A stretch of DNA of 61,392 nucleotides. It comes from Poseidonia sp. (GTDB lineage Archaea > Thermoplasmatota > Poseidoniia > Poseidoniales > Poseidoniaceae). The notes beneath the pieces were generated by a model that searched no databases, was not told the origin of the DNA, and worked only from the letters and a program-made list of their open reading frames with translations. Location: contig JASLVM010000003.1 of assembly GCA_030741355.1 (NCBI GenBank), positions 1 to 61,392 on the forward strand, written 5' to 3'. This document shows, piece by piece, positions 36,986 through 46,897 of this stretch (positions are counted from its first letter, which is position 1; each line of letters starts with the position of its first letter). Both the position numbers and the translations under genes were made by a program.

Positions 36986-38557
36986 TCAAGCCTTGATCCA
37001 TCGGTAGCGTCGAGCGCCTTCTTCCACGCCTTCTTCGCCGATGTCAACGAGAGCAAATTCGCCACTCGGTTCGATGACACTGCTGTCTTGGGTGCCCTTG
37101 TGCAAGTTCTCGTAGGTTACGTGGTCAATGGCCATGCGACCGGCAAGTCGCTCAAAGAGCCTCCAAGTGGCCACCACTTCTCGCCAGCGTGGGTTGACCT
37201 TGCCTTCGAACACCTTGGCTTTCGCACCGGAGCCGTAGCCGCACATTCCGAACAGGGCGTTGTCGAGGTTGCTGTTGTCCTCGAGGTCAGACTCAAAAGT
37301 TGACATCAAAGCAAGGAAAATTGAACCGGTGTATTGATTTCCGATCAGGCTGCTCGCACGTTGTCCTTTTTCGATACGACTGGCGTGGAAATCAGCGTAT
37401 TGGGGGGTCTTGGAGATTCGACGACGGTAGGCGTCTTTTTCCTTCTCCCATGTTTCCAGAGCCTCCTTACTTTTCGATTCGGGCTGCTCAGGCATGGGTC
37501 CGATGGCGGCCACGACATCGCTCCACATGGGCGTGTGTTCACGGTCATGGCGGAACACATCAGGGAACATGCGCTTGGCTTGGTAAGCGTACGGCAAATG
37601 CATGATGATGCGAGACCATTGTTCGGTGAAGGGTTCATCGGTTTCGGAGTCGATTCGTCCGTCTCGTTCTGCCTTTTGGCTGAAATCGTAGAAGGCTTGA
37701 CGAACAGCGTTTTGGTAGCAACGGTTCGAAAACTGTCCGTCAAAGACGGGGTCATCTCGGTGTACGCTCACTTTTTCTTCACCATGGGCGAAAATACCGA
37801 GTTTGCGGACCGTGGATTTGGGGAGGTGTCGAATCATCCGTTCAATGATGCCTTTCTTGACCGTTTGGCCGGCTTCTTGTGCCAGTTGCATCACGTTGGA
37901 AATCACCGAGCGAATGGAGACCTCTCGTCGTGGTTTGAAGAAGTCATGGACAGGGGTGGTCGAGACGCCAATGCAGTCTGGAATTTCCAAAAGGCGAGGG
38001 TTCCGGCGAATAAGGAGGGCGCCACCGCCAGCACCTTGCGTGTACTCGCCGGAGGATTCAAGCGCGTATTTGGCGTTGTCAGAGAAGATGACGATCCCCA
38101 CGCGTTCGTCGTTTTCATTGGAGCGGGCGACCCAATCCAGCGTCGTGTGCAAGGCATCGACCGCTCCGATACAGGCGAAGGTCATGTCGACCACGTCGCA
38201 GGTTTGGAAGCAGTCGTTTCCGAATCGTTCAGCGTAGCGTTGAGTCAGCATGTCAACGATGTAGGTGGCGGTGGGTTTCGCACCGTCAAGAGCGGATTCT
38301 GTTCCAAGATACATGCGCCCGATGGTGCGCGGGTCGAGCCCGTTCCGGTCGATCAATTGCATGACGGCCATGGCGCCCATGGTCGCCGTGTCCTCATGGA
38401 CATCAGGAATGGCCATGGCTTCAAGTCCGAGCCCCTTGTTGAGCTTACCGTAATCCGCTCCCCGAAGGTCTGCAAAATCCTTCATGTCCATGTAAAGACG
38501 TGGAAAGTGGATGGCAATGTCGTCAATCCCAACAGGAATCTCAGGTACTCCGGACAC
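36986..38557 (-). CDS. hydroxymethylglutaryl-CoA synthase family protein (long form, GTG start)
   Basis: N-terminus VGIDDIAIHFPRLYM, catalytic-type motifs LGTESALDGAKP, FACIGAVDAL and HLPYAYQ. The start codon at 38557 is GTG, preceded by GGGGG. Confidence 0.85.
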   Translation of the reverse strand: MSGVPEIPVGIDDIAIHFPRLYMDMKDFADLRGADYGKLNKGLGLEAMAIPDVHEDTATMGAMAVMQLIDRNGLDPRTIGRMYLGTESALDGAKPTATYIVDMLTQRYAERFGNDCFQTCDVVDMTFACIGAVDALHTTLDWVARSNENDERVGIVIFSDNAKYALESSGEYTQGAGGGALLIRRNPRLLEIPDCIGVSTTPVHDFFKPRREVSIRSVISNVMQLAQEAGQTVKKGIIERMIRHLPKSTVRKLGIFAHGEEKVSVHRDDPVFDGQFSNRCYQNAVRQAFYDFSQKAERDGRIDSETDEPFTEQWSRIIMHLPYAYQAKRMFPDVFRHDREHTPMWSDVVAAIGPMPEQPESKSKEALETWEKEKDAYRRRISKTPQYADFHASRIEKGQRASSLIGNQYTGSIFLALMSTFESDLEDNSNLDNALFGMCGYGSGAKAKVFEGKVNPRWREVVATWRLFERLAGRMAIDHVTYENLHKGTQDSSVIEPSGEFALVDIGEEGVEEGARRYRWIKA

Positions 38558-38613
38558 CCCCCGTCGTCAGCCGTCGGCTATTTGAAGGACTGGTTTCAAT
38601 CGAGGTATTTCCG

Positions 38614-40206
38614 TCAGTCTTCTTCAGGAATCTCGGGAGCCGCAGGGTCTTTCTTGGCCCACAGTACGTCGTCAATACGCAGCACGGACAGGGCGGCTTC
38701 GGTGGCACCAGCGAGCACTTGGCGTGTGATGCGAAGGGGTTCCACGACGCCGTCTTCAACCATATCTGCCGGTCGCTTCTTCTCGACATTGAGTCCAATG
38801 AAGTGGGCGTTTTTTCCTCCATCCGTGGTTTGTTTGGCGACCGTTTGAAGCAGGGTATCAAGCGGGTCCAGGCCGGCGTTCTGTGCCAAGGTTCTGGGGA
38901 TGATTTCAAGGGCATCGGCAAAGGCCTCTACCGCCAATTGTTCACGGCCAGCAAAGCCTTCTGCAAACCTCCGTAGGTGTCGGGCCAGCGCAATTTGGGT
39001 TGCGCCACCTCCCGGGAGGAGTGCAGGTTCCTCGAGCAGTTGACAGGCAACACCCAGAGCGTCGGCAAAACAGCGTTCCACTTCGCCGACCGTCTCGTTG
39101 GTCGACCCTTTGGCAATGAAGGTCGCCCCTCCTTCTTCGGTCTCCACAATCCAGTGCATGACGCCGTTCCAGCGTTCGTTGCTGCTCTGGATGAACACGC
39201 CAAGGTCAGAGGCTGTCAAACCTTTCACATCGTGGTTGAGGGTGGCGTTGGTGCCGCGAGCGAGCAGGTCGAGGTCGGAACGCGAGACGCGCCGATAGGC
39301 TTGGATGCCTGCGTCGGTCAGTGCAGCATGCAGGTCGTCATCAATGCCCTCTTTGCACGCAAGGAGGGTCACACCGAGGTCCACGAGGTGGTTGATTTGT
39401 TCAAGCAAGACGGTTTTTTCTTTTTGCCGAAAACTTTCGAGAACCCCCGTGCTGGAAACGTTCAGTTTGACATTACTCATCAGTTCCCGACGCTCCAATC
39501 CCCCATCAACGAGGGCGATTTTCCCAGAAGGCATTTGCTTTGGCATGCGGTCCGATACTCGTTTTTTGGCGAGCACCAGGCCGGTGACAAGGGAGGAATC
39601 GGTCATGCTTCCACCCGTTTGGGTGAGAATTTTCACTCGTGTCGGGTCGGCAAGCGGGCCTGTTGGTCGTTGTTCTACCACCGCTTTGGCTGCTTGGACG
39701 GCCAGGGCTGCCAAGTGATGTTGCATGGCCTGGTGGATTTTCCCTGAGAGCGAGGTCGTGGCAGCGGCCAACATGTGCTTCTCGGTGGCTTTGATGACGA
39801 GGTTTTCGAAATGGTTGCGACATGCCTCCTCGGCATGGCGATACCCTCGTGCAATCGCTGATGGATGGACGCCTTGGAGAACGAGTTCCCAAGCGTTCTG
39901 TAACAACTCGGCCGAGAGCAAGACGGCACTGGTGGTGCCGTCTCGAGCGATGCGATCTTGGGTGGTGGAGGCGTTGATCAGCATGTTGGCAACAGGGTGT
40001 TCCACCTTGGCCGATTCAAGGACAGTAACACCGTCGTTGGTGACCATGGTTCGACCTTCGTCGTCAATGAGCAGTTTGTCTTGGCCTAAGGGGCCGAGTG
40101 TACTGCGCACGGCTCCCGCTAACGCCATGGCGGCCGTGATGTTGTTTCGAAGGGCTTCACGGCCCGTAGAGCGCGTGGTCTCCTTGAGAATGGGGACTTC
40201 GCTCAT
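38614..40206 (-). CDS. ths: thermosome subunit (group II chaperonin)
   Basis: TLGPLGQDKLLID, VTNDGVTVL and GGGATQIALA over a 530-aa length. Confidence 0.96.
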   Translation of the reverse strand: MSEVPILKETTRSTGREALRNNITAAMALAGAVRSTLGPLGQDKLLIDDEGRTMVTNDGVTVLESAKVEHPVANMLINASTTQDRIARDGTTSAVLLSAELLQNAWELVLQGVHPSAIARGYRHAEEACRNHFENLVIKATEKHMLAAATTSLSGKIHQAMQHHLAALAVQAAKAVVEQRPTGPLADPTRVKILTQTGGSMTDSSLVTGLVLAKKRVSDRMPKQMPSGKIALVDGGLERRELMSNVKLNVSSTGVLESFRQKEKTVLLEQINHLVDLGVTLLACKEGIDDDLHAALTDAGIQAYRRVSRSDLDLLARGTNATLNHDVKGLTASDLGVFIQSSNERWNGVMHWIVETEEGGATFIAKGSTNETVGEVERCFADALGVACQLLEEPALLPGGGATQIALARHLRRFAEGFAGREQLAVEAFADALEIIPRTLAQNAGLDPLDTLLQTVAKQTTDGGKNAHFIGLNVEKKRPADMVEDGVVEPLRITRQVLAGATEAALSVLRIDDVLWAKKDPAAPEIPEED

Positions 40207-40226
40207 GGTTCATCCACCGACCGCTT

Positions 40227-40259
40227 CCCCATAAGCCAAGCGCTTGGGCTTGCTTGGGG
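40227..40259 (-). promoter_or_regulatory. imperfect palindrome overlapping TATA-like TTATGGGG upstream of thermosome gene
   Basis: CCCCATAAGCCAAGCGCTTGGGCTTGCTTGGGG. The core AAGCCAAGC/GCTTGGGCTT forms 9 bp with one bulge. On the minus strand, TTATGGGG sits 21-28 nt before ATG 40206. Confidence 0.3.
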
Positions 40260-40265
40260 TTTCCA

Positions 40266-42149
40266 TCAGTCCTCGTCTTCAACCACTTCGAAGTCGGCAT
40301 CAACCACGCCATCATCGACGCTGATGTCGCCGTCTTCACCGCTCTCTTGTTGCGCCATTTCTGCGGCTGCAGCTTCGTAGAGTTTGGTTGAAACGCCGTG
40401 CATGGCCTCTTCGATTTCCTTGACCTTTGCCTGAATGGCGGCGTCGTCCATGGCGTCGATGTCAATGGGTTTGCCATCGTCGTCCTGCACCATCTTCTCG
40501 AGTTCGTCCAGGTGAGCCTTCACGGGGTCGACGTCGCTGTCGTCCAACTTATCGGCCGATTCCTCAAGGGTTCGCCGGGTTTGGTAAACCACTTGGTCGG
40601 CCATGTTGCGCAGTTCGACCTTGGCCTTTCGGCGTTGGTCTTCTTCAGCGAATTTTTCGGCTTCAGCGATTTTGTCCTGAATCTCGTCTTCGCTGAGCGA
40701 GGTTGCGGATTCGATCTTGATGGATTGTTCTTTACCGGTCCCCATGTCCTTTGCGCTGACGTTCACGATGCCGTTGGCGTCGATGTCGAACGTGACCTCG
40801 ATTTGAGGAACGCCTCGTGGGGCAGGCGGGATACCGACGAGTTGGAATTGGCCCAACGTTACGTTGTCTTTGGCGAATTCTCGCTCACCCTGCAGAACGT
40901 GGATTTCCACGGCTGGTTGGTTGTCAGAGGCCGTGGAGTAGACCTCGGACCGGCGAGCGGGGATGGTCGTGTTTCGCTCGATCATCGTGGTCATCACGCC
41001 ACCCAAGGTCTCGATGCCGAGGGTGAGCGGTGTGACGTCGAGAAGCAAGACGTCTGAAACGCCTTCATCGCCGGAGATGATGCCCGCTTGAAGAGCTGCA
41101 CCCATGGCCACCGCTTCGTCCGGGTTGATGCCCTTGTAGGGGGGTTTTCCAGCCTCTTTCTCAACGGCTTCTTGGACGGCAGGCACACGGGTTGAACCAC
41201 CAACAAGAATCACCTTGTCCACGTCACCTTTCTTGAGTCCGGCATCTTTCATGGCTTGGCGGGTGGGCACCATCGTCTTCTCAATGAGTTTGGCGATGAG
41301 GTCTTCGAACTTCGCTCGTGAAAGAGAGAGGTCCATGTGGACGGGTTGACCGTCGGCCATGGAGATGAAGGGGAGGTTGATCTGGGTCTGTTGGGTCCCT
41401 GAAATCTCAATCTTCGCCTTTTCTGCAGCTTCTTTGAGCCGAGACATGGCCTGCTTGTCCTTCGAAAGGTCAATGCCGGTTTCCTTCTTGAATTCAGCCA
41501 CCATCCAATCGATGATTTTCTCGTCGAAGTCGTCGCCACCGAGTTTGTTGTTTCCGGCGGTTGCCTTGACTTCAATCTGGGGTTGTCCATCAACCTCGTA
41601 GATTTCAAGGACGGAAACGTCGAACGTACCTCCACCGAGGTCGTAGACCAAAATGGTCTGGTCCTGGGTCTTGTCAACACCGTAGGCCAGAGCGGCTGCG
41701 GTGGGCTCGTTGATGATGCGCAACACGTCAAGTCCGGCGATACGGCCAGCGTCTTTGGTCGCCTTTCGTTGAGCATCGGTGAAGTAGGCCGGACAGGTGA
41801 TGACGGCTTGCTTCACTTCGTGCCCGAGGTAAGCTTCAGCGTCGGCTTTCAACTTCTGAAGAATAAAGGCCGATACCTCTTGTGGCGTGTAGGTGGTTTC
41901 GTCAACATCGGTGGTCCACTTCGTACCCATGTGTCGCTTCACGGAAATCATGGTTCGGTCGGCGTTGGTCACCGCTTGTCGCTTGGCGGTCACGCCGATG
42001 AGTCGTTCACCGCCGTCTTTCGCGAAGGCCACCACCGAGGGGGTGGTGCGGGCACCTTCTGCATTCGGGATCACCACGGGTTCACCGTTTTCGATGGTGG
42101 CCACGCAGCTGTTCGTCGTTCCTAGGTCAATTCCAATTACTTTGCTCAT
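40266..42149 (-). CDS. dnaK: molecular chaperone DnaK (Hsp70)
   Basis: The track ORF starts at TTG 42167. The canonical [14 protein letters not shown] begins at ATG 42149. Also DLGGGTFD and an acidic C-terminus. Confidence 0.97.
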   Translation of the reverse strand: MSKVIGIDLGTTNSCVATIENGEPVVIPNAEGARTTPSVVAFAKDGGERLIGVTAKRQAVTNADRTMISVKRHMGTKWTTDVDETTYTPQEVSAFILQKLKADAEAYLGHEVKQAVITCPAYFTDAQRKATKDAGRIAGLDVLRIINEPTAAALAYGVDKTQDQTILVYDLGGGTFDVSVLEIYEVDGQPQIEVKATAGNNKLGGDDFDEKIIDWMVAEFKKETGIDLSKDKQAMSRLKEAAEKAKIEISGTQQTQINLPFISMADGQPVHMDLSLSRAKFEDLIAKLIEKTMVPTRQAMKDAGLKKGDVDKVILVGGSTRVPAVQEAVEKEAGKPPYKGINPDEAVAMGAALQAGIISGDEGVSDVLLLDVTPLTLGIETLGGVMTTMIERNTTIPARRSEVYSTASDNQPAVEIHVLQGEREFAKDNVTLGQFQLVGIPPAPRGVPQIEVTFDIDANGIVNVSAKDMGTGKEQSIKIESATSLSEDEIQDKIAEAEKFAEEDQRRKAKVELRNMADQVVYQTRRTLEESADKLDDSDVDPVKAHLDELEKMVQDDDGKPIDIDAMDDAAIQAKVKEIEEAMHGVSTKLYEAAAAEMAQQESGEDGDISVDDGVVDADFEVVEDED

Positions 42150-42163
42150 TGTTTTCACGTCCT

Positions 42164-42856
42164 TCAAAAGATGGGGATGCCGCCGTCGTCTTCGTCATCG
42201 TCCTCGTCTCCGAGGTCAATGCTCACCTCCCCCGGGGCAGGGAGGGTGTCGTCATCATCCGATTCCAATGCCTTTCCTTGGGGCGTCAGTTTCAGTGTGA
42301 TGTCGAGAATACCGTTGTTCAGGGTCCATTCCACGACATCGTCGCAGGGATGGGGGAGTTCCACCAAAGCCAGCGGCTTTGGTTGTGTGGTGCGCATGAT
42401 TTCAATTTGCGAACCGTTCTTGATGAGTTCGATTTCGAGCGATTCGGAGTCAAGGTCGCCTTTGAGCGCGAAATCAAGGGTGACGGACATGTTCCATCCA
42501 TCGAGGTACACGTCCTCTGCCGGGAGCGTGACGGTTTCGTCGTCGTTGGATTCAAGGGCGGAGGGGTCGATTTCGACCGGGGCGGCGTCAACGCGAATGT
42601 CCATGCCCAAATTCTTGAACAGGTCTTCTACGGAAGTACCGGCGTTGAACATTTTTGAGATGTCAGAGATGTCGAAGTTGAAGTTCACTTCACCCTTGGC
42701 GATTTTTTCTGGATTGATGCCCAAAGCATCGAACTGGTCTTTGAATTGATTCATGAAGCCCTTGAGTTGTTCGCGATTGATGGGCATGCCCATGTTTCGG
42801 AGCATCTCTTCCAACTTGTCCAATAGGTCATCTTCCCAGTCGTCGGTCATCTCCAT
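42164..42856 (-). CDS. alpha-crystallin (Hsp20)-like protein with long acidic N-terminal region and C-terminal IPI motif
   Basis: The C-terminal half, [39 protein letters not shown]...[26 protein letters not shown], fits the ACD pattern. The protein ends with an acidic tract and GGIPIF (IXI motif). Its stop is 14 nt before the dnaK ATG. Confidence 0.6.
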   Translation of the reverse strand: MEMTDDWEDDLLDKLEEMLRNMGMPINREQLKGFMNQFKDQFDALGINPEKIAKGEVNFNFDISDISKMFNAGTSVEDLFKNLGMDIRVDAAPVEIDPSALESNDDETVTLPAEDVYLDGWNMSVTLDFALKGDLDSESLEIELIKNGSQIEIMRTTQPKPLALVELPHPCDDVVEWTLNNGILDITLKLTPQGKALESDDDDTLPAPGEVSIDLGDEDDDEDDGGIPIF

Positions 42857-42899
42857 TCACCACTACTAAACCATCGGTTATGTAGTTGCCAGTCCATTA

Positions 42900-42910
42900 C
42901 CCCATATAAA
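42900..42910 (-). promoter_or_regulatory. TATA box candidate for sHSP-like/dnaK transcription unit
   Basis: Minus-strand TTTATATGGGG lies 44-54 nt upstream of ATG 42856. Alba and thermosome upstream regions share the same TTAT(AT)GGGG shape. Confidence 0.4.
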
Positions 42911-43033
42911 TCTAATGAAAACAGTGTGCTGAGTTGGAGAAAGGAGGAGGGAAATCCGCCACAAGGCTACGCAGAACAGCTCAAAGAATTCCCCACACGA
43001 CCCAATGCCGTGCGGTTTTTTGGGTGTTGAACC

Positions 43034-44527
43034 TCATTCGCCGGTGATGAGGCGGACCATGGTTCGGACGTGAATGCCCGTAGCACCGTGGCCAACCATC
43101 TTGTTGGTCTTGGCACCCCAGTATGTTCCTGCGATGTCCATGTGGGCCCAGGTGATTTGTTCGGCATCATCGCCTTCACCACGGTTGGGGACAAATTGCT
43201 TCAGGAAGGCAGCGGCGGTGTTGGCCCCACCCCAACGTCCTGCACCCAAGTTGCGGGTGTCGGCGATCTTCGAATCGGTCATTTCCTTCTCGAAGGCGGG
43301 CAGGAGCGGCATGGGCCAGGCCAATTCGCCGACATCGTTACCAGCTTCGTGGATACGGGTGCGGAAGTCGTCGTCGTTGGACCACAATCCGGTGGCTTCG
43401 TGTCCTAGAGCAACGACGCAAGCGCCGGTCAAGGTGGCGAAATCCACGATGTATTCTGGGTCGTAGTCGGTACCGGCCTTCCACAAACCGTCGGAGAGGA
43501 CCAGACGGCCTTCAGCGTCGGTGTTCAGGACTTCGATGGTTTTGCCCGAGAGGGTGGTGATGACGTCGCCGGGGCGTTGTGCATTCGCAGCAGGCATGTT
43601 TTCGGCCATGCAGGTGATGGCCACGACCTTGCCGGGGTAACCGCTTGAGGCGAGGGCTTCCATGGTACCAAAGACGGTGGCAGAACCGCCCATGTCGTAC
43701 TTCATTTCGTCCATGTTGGCGCCGGGCTTGAGCGAGATGCCGCCCGTGTCAAAGGTGATGCCTTTTCCGACCAGCATCGGATGCTGACCTTTCTGGTCGC
43801 CGTTCAAGGTGAAGATGACCATGCAAGGCTTGCGGGAGGAACCCATGCCGACGGCAACGAGTCCACCCATGCCATGGCGCTTAGCAGCATCATAATCGAT
43901 GACTTCGACCTTGACGTTGTCGTATTGCTTGGCCCAAAGTTCGGCTTTTTCAGCGAAGGCCATGGGGTACATGTCGTTGGGTGGGCAATTGCCCAAATCT
44001 CGAGAAAGGTGCACGCCACTCACGATGGAGGCCGCACGGTCGATGGCTGCTGACAGGGTGGTGGCATCGCCTTCGTCGCAGTTGATGCGAGCCGAAAGGT
44101 TCGTGTCGCCGTCGTCCTCGTCCTTCTTCTTGTAGAGGTTGTACGAATAATCTCGAAGCATCATGCCTTCTGCAAAGGAGGTCATGCAGTCCATATCAGC
44201 ACCGTGGAAAACCACGGTCAATTCATCGCCGTGGACTTTTTTGCAGGAAGCGACCACGGTGGCGCCGGCTTCTCGGTAGGCATGAACATCGGCTTTGGCC
44301 TCTTTACCAAGGCCAACGAGCATTGCTTTGCCGCCTTCGGTGCCCATCAGGGTCATCGTGGCGTTGGCCTTCGCTTTGAAATCCCCATCACCGAGGACGC
44401 GATTGATTTGGCTTTTCAGCGTTTGAGGGATGCCTTCGACGATTTCGGGGAGCGTTTCCTCGCCTTCGAAGAGAGGGAGGACGAGGGTTCCGTTGATGTT
44501 GTTTCCTGAACTGATGGTCACTTGCAT
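43034..44527 (-). CDS. pepA: leucyl aminopeptidase (M17)
   Basis: NTDAEGRLVLSD signature and VGKGITFDTGG. ORF 43034..44590 trimmed to MQVTISSG (ATG 44527). Confidence 0.93.
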   Translation of the reverse strand: MQVTISSGNNINGTLVLPLFEGEETLPEIVEGIPQTLKSQINRVLGDGDFKAKANATMTLMGTEGGKAMLVGLGKEAKADVHAYREAGATVVASCKKVHGDELTVVFHGADMDCMTSFAEGMMLRDYSYNLYKKKDEDDGDTNLSARINCDEGDATTLSAAIDRAASIVSGVHLSRDLGNCPPNDMYPMAFAEKAELWAKQYDNVKVEVIDYDAAKRHGMGGLVAVGMGSSRKPCMVIFTLNGDQKGQHPMLVGKGITFDTGGISLKPGANMDEMKYDMGGSATVFGTMEALASSGYPGKVVAITCMAENMPAANAQRPGDVITTLSGKTIEVLNTDAEGRLVLSDGLWKAGTDYDPEYIVDFATLTGACVVALGHEATGLWSNDDDFRTRIHEAGNDVGELAWPMPLLPAFEKEMTDSKIADTRNLGAGRWGGANTAAAFLKQFVPNRGEGDDAEQITWAHMDIAGTYWGAKTNKMVGHGATGIHVRTMVRLITGE

Positions 44528-44657
44528 GGTTTCACCGACCAAGGCCAACGATTTCCTCCACTTCAATCCTCCCCGTGCGGCTTCTGCCACGGAGCATCAA
44601 CGTGCAAGCAAGGTGAGACGCTCTCCAAAGGTTGGAGCGTTCTCTTTCAAGGCGGTT

Positions 44658-44819
44658 TCAGTTTCCGCAGCCACAGCCTCTGGTTTGACAGCTGGCCGTG
44701 TTCTCTTCGGGAACTTCCATCTTGGGGGCAGCGGCCGTGACCGGGGCGCTTGGAGCCTTCTTCTTGAAACGCTTGGGCAGTCGAATCTTCCGTTGATTGC
44801 GTTGGGTGTTTCGGTTCAT
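44658..44819 (-). CDS. candidate small basic protein (53 aa) with C-terminal CxxxxCGCG
   Basis: MNRNTQRNQRKIRLPKRFKKKAPS...SCQTRGCGCGN. The ATG is preceded by GGTGATGGC (Shine-Dalgarno-like) and lies 25 nt after the carboxypeptidase stop. The ORF fills an otherwise empty ~250-nt gap. Confidence 0.3.
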   Translation of the reverse strand: MNRNTQRNQRKIRLPKRFKKKAPSAPVTAAAPKMEVPEENTASCQTRGCGCGN

Positions 44820-44844
44820 GCCATCACCAGGCGGGCACTCCCTT

Positions 44845-46251
44845 TCAATGTTCGCTGTTGGACTGGCCCTCACGCAATGCATCCTCAACATCGTGCTCTC
44901 TGCGAACAAGAGCGCTGACGCCGACCAAACTCAGGATCACGGCCAGGGGGTTGAACAAACCATAGCCGGTGAGGAATCCGCCTTCGTCCTCTTCCACCAT
45001 CATCACGGTCGTGTTTCCGTCCACGGTCTCGTTGACCCAGATGGCAGCGTTAATGACGCGTTTTTGATAGTTAAGATTCCAAGAGCCCGGTCCTTCAAAG
45101 GCGTCATCGTCCACCTCAAAGGAAACAACGGTGCTGTTGGTGGCGTTCACGCCGAACAACGAGGAGGCCCAGAGCACCTCCCCGGTTGGGCTGTGGTACT
45201 CCAAACTCGCATTCGCTGTTGAGGCTTCACCGTGGTTCGCAACATCGAGGGTGAGGGTATCGTCGTCGATCGTGATGGATTGAACAACAAGTCGAGCCCG
45301 CCAATACCACACGTTGTCAATCAAATAGCGCATGACATCCATCTCTTCCCCAAGTCGGTCGTTGAGGTTCTCAACGCTCCCTGGGACGAACTGCTCATCG
45401 TCGGTCTCGAAGGTGAAGGTGGGGAAGCCCATTTGCCCGTAGCCGTAATCTCGGCTGGTGCCGCAATTCGGGTACAAGCCTTGGTTTGCGTTTTGGAGGG
45501 GAATGTCCGAAATACCGGCGTTGACGGTGTCGCGTATGCTCCAGAACAGTTCCCAGTCGGGGGGTTGTTCAGGCCATTTGCCCCACGGGTAGAGGATGAT
45601 CCACACACCGGTATGCATGGTCACGTAGAGGTCAGCATCGGTGACGTATTCGTTGATGTAGGCCGCATTGGCTGCGGTTTCGGCTTCACTGAATGCACTG
45701 CTTCCGGGTTGGGTGGTGGGGCAGGTGTTCCAATAGTGGTCATAATTACGGTTGAGGTCGACTTGATTGATGTTCCAACGGGTGTCGATATCGTTCCCGT
45801 CAGGGTTGAGCATGATGAGGATGTGGAGCTCGGTGGTTTGCAAGACGTTGATGGCTTCTTCGTTGCCGTTTACCCAGCCGTCGATGTACCATTTCGCAGA
45901 CAACCATGCAAGGGCCGTTCCAAGGTATTCATTTCCGTGATGCCCTCCATCGATGTAGACGATTTCCTTCGATGAACCGTTGGGCTTGGTGTCCATGGAC
46001 CAATCGGAGAGACGAACCACCCACAAGGTCTTGCCAAGTTCGGATTCACCTGCACTCACCAAGTCCACGATGTCAGGGTGGTCATCGGCCCATTCGTTCA
46101 CTTCCAAGGTCAAGGCGGCCCACGTCATGTGGACATGGCTGTCAACCGGGTCGCCGGGCCATGCGTAGAGGCTTTCAGGGTCGAATTGGGCCGATGCGGT
46201 TGGAACGCACGCCAGCAGCATGCAGAGGGCCAGCCCGACAGCGACGCGCAT
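44845..46251 (-). CDS. secreted M14 zinc carboxypeptidase with C-terminal TM anchor
   Basis: Signal peptide MRVAVGLALCMLLACVPTASA, zinc motif GGHHGNEYLG, a later MHTG, and C-terminal LFNPLAVILSLVGVSALVRRE. Confidence 0.85.
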   Translation of the reverse strand: MRVAVGLALCMLLACVPTASAQFDPESLYAWPGDPVDSHVHMTWAALTLEVNEWADDHPDIVDLVSAGESELGKTLWVVRLSDWSMDTKPNGSSKEIVYIDGGHHGNEYLGTALAWLSAKWYIDGWVNGNEEAINVLQTTELHILIMLNPDGNDIDTRWNINQVDLNRNYDHYWNTCPTTQPGSSAFSEAETAANAAYINEYVTDADLYVTMHTGVWIILYPWGKWPEQPPDWELFWSIRDTVNAGISDIPLQNANQGLYPNCGTSRDYGYGQMGFPTFTFETDDEQFVPGSVENLNDRLGEEMDVMRYLIDNVWYWRARLVVQSITIDDDTLTLDVANHGEASTANASLEYHSPTGEVLWASSLFGVNATNSTVVSFEVDDDAFEGPGSWNLNYQKRVINAAIWVNETVDGNTTVMMVEEDEGGFLTGYGLFNPLAVILSLVGVSALVRREHDVEDALREGQSNSEH

Positions 46252-46299
46252 GGCCTCCCCTCGGGTATGCGAATCAAAAACGCTTGCATGGTGAGTGCT

Positions 46300-46806
46300 T
46301 CACCAGTCGGAGGTGAACGCATTGGGATTGGCGACTTTTTCTCCTTCACGGGTCCAAATACTCGGTCCGTCCGTGGCGTAAATGTCAGCGAAGGGGTCGA
46401 TTTCTTCTTCTTGCAAGTTGCGTTGCATGTAGGCTTCCACACGCTCGCGAAGGTCAGGTTTGAACTTCCAGTAGTGGATGCGCCATTCCCGTCCGTCCCA
46501 AAGGGTGGTTTCCTCCGACTCAGTGGTCAAGAGATCGTAATCCTGGAACATGTAAAACAGGTTGCGGTCCGTGGGTTCAAGGGCGTTGTCGATGATGCGG
46601 TTGTAAAAACCAAAGAAGCCGAGGGCGTGTTCTGCCATGCCCTGAGCCACTTCGGTATCCATGTCAAGGTCGATGTGTTGTTGTATGGCCTTGGTCAGTT
46701 CTGCGAGTGTCATCCCCATGTTCGTCCCATCCGAGCACTTGAACCGCGTGTTTTCGGTCCCTGTTGCTATCTTATATTGGTCACCGACCCATATTAAGTG
46801 TTCCAT
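46300..46806 (-). CDS. hypothetical cytoplasmic protein (168 aa)
   Basis: Clean ORF with coding-like composition and no motif recognised. Ends FTSDW. Confidence 0.6.
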   Translation of the reverse strand: MEHLIWVGDQYKIATGTENTRFKCSDGTNMGMTLAELTKAIQQHIDLDMDTEVAQGMAEHALGFFGFYNRIIDNALEPTDRNLFYMFQDYDLLTTESEETTLWDGREWRIHYWKFKPDLRERVEAYMQRNLQEEEIDPFADIYATDGPSIWTREGEKVANPNAFTSDW

Positions 46807-46897
46807 CGCATTTCATGAAAACCGCTCTTTCACCCTTGAAATCGGCGCTCATTCTTCATCGGTAGGATGATGAAGGGGGCGCCAACCCGCAAAATGC

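Noticed and set aside
37334-38848. 504-aa plus-strand ORF
   Set aside because: It is antisense to HMG-CoA synthase and the thermosome 3' end, which are both securely identified.
42520-42856. The N-terminal half of the protein upstream of dnaK might be a divergent GrpE
   Set aside because: There is no long GrpE-type paired helix followed by a beta-domain pattern. The C-terminal half is alpha-crystallin-like instead, so I call it sHSP-like.
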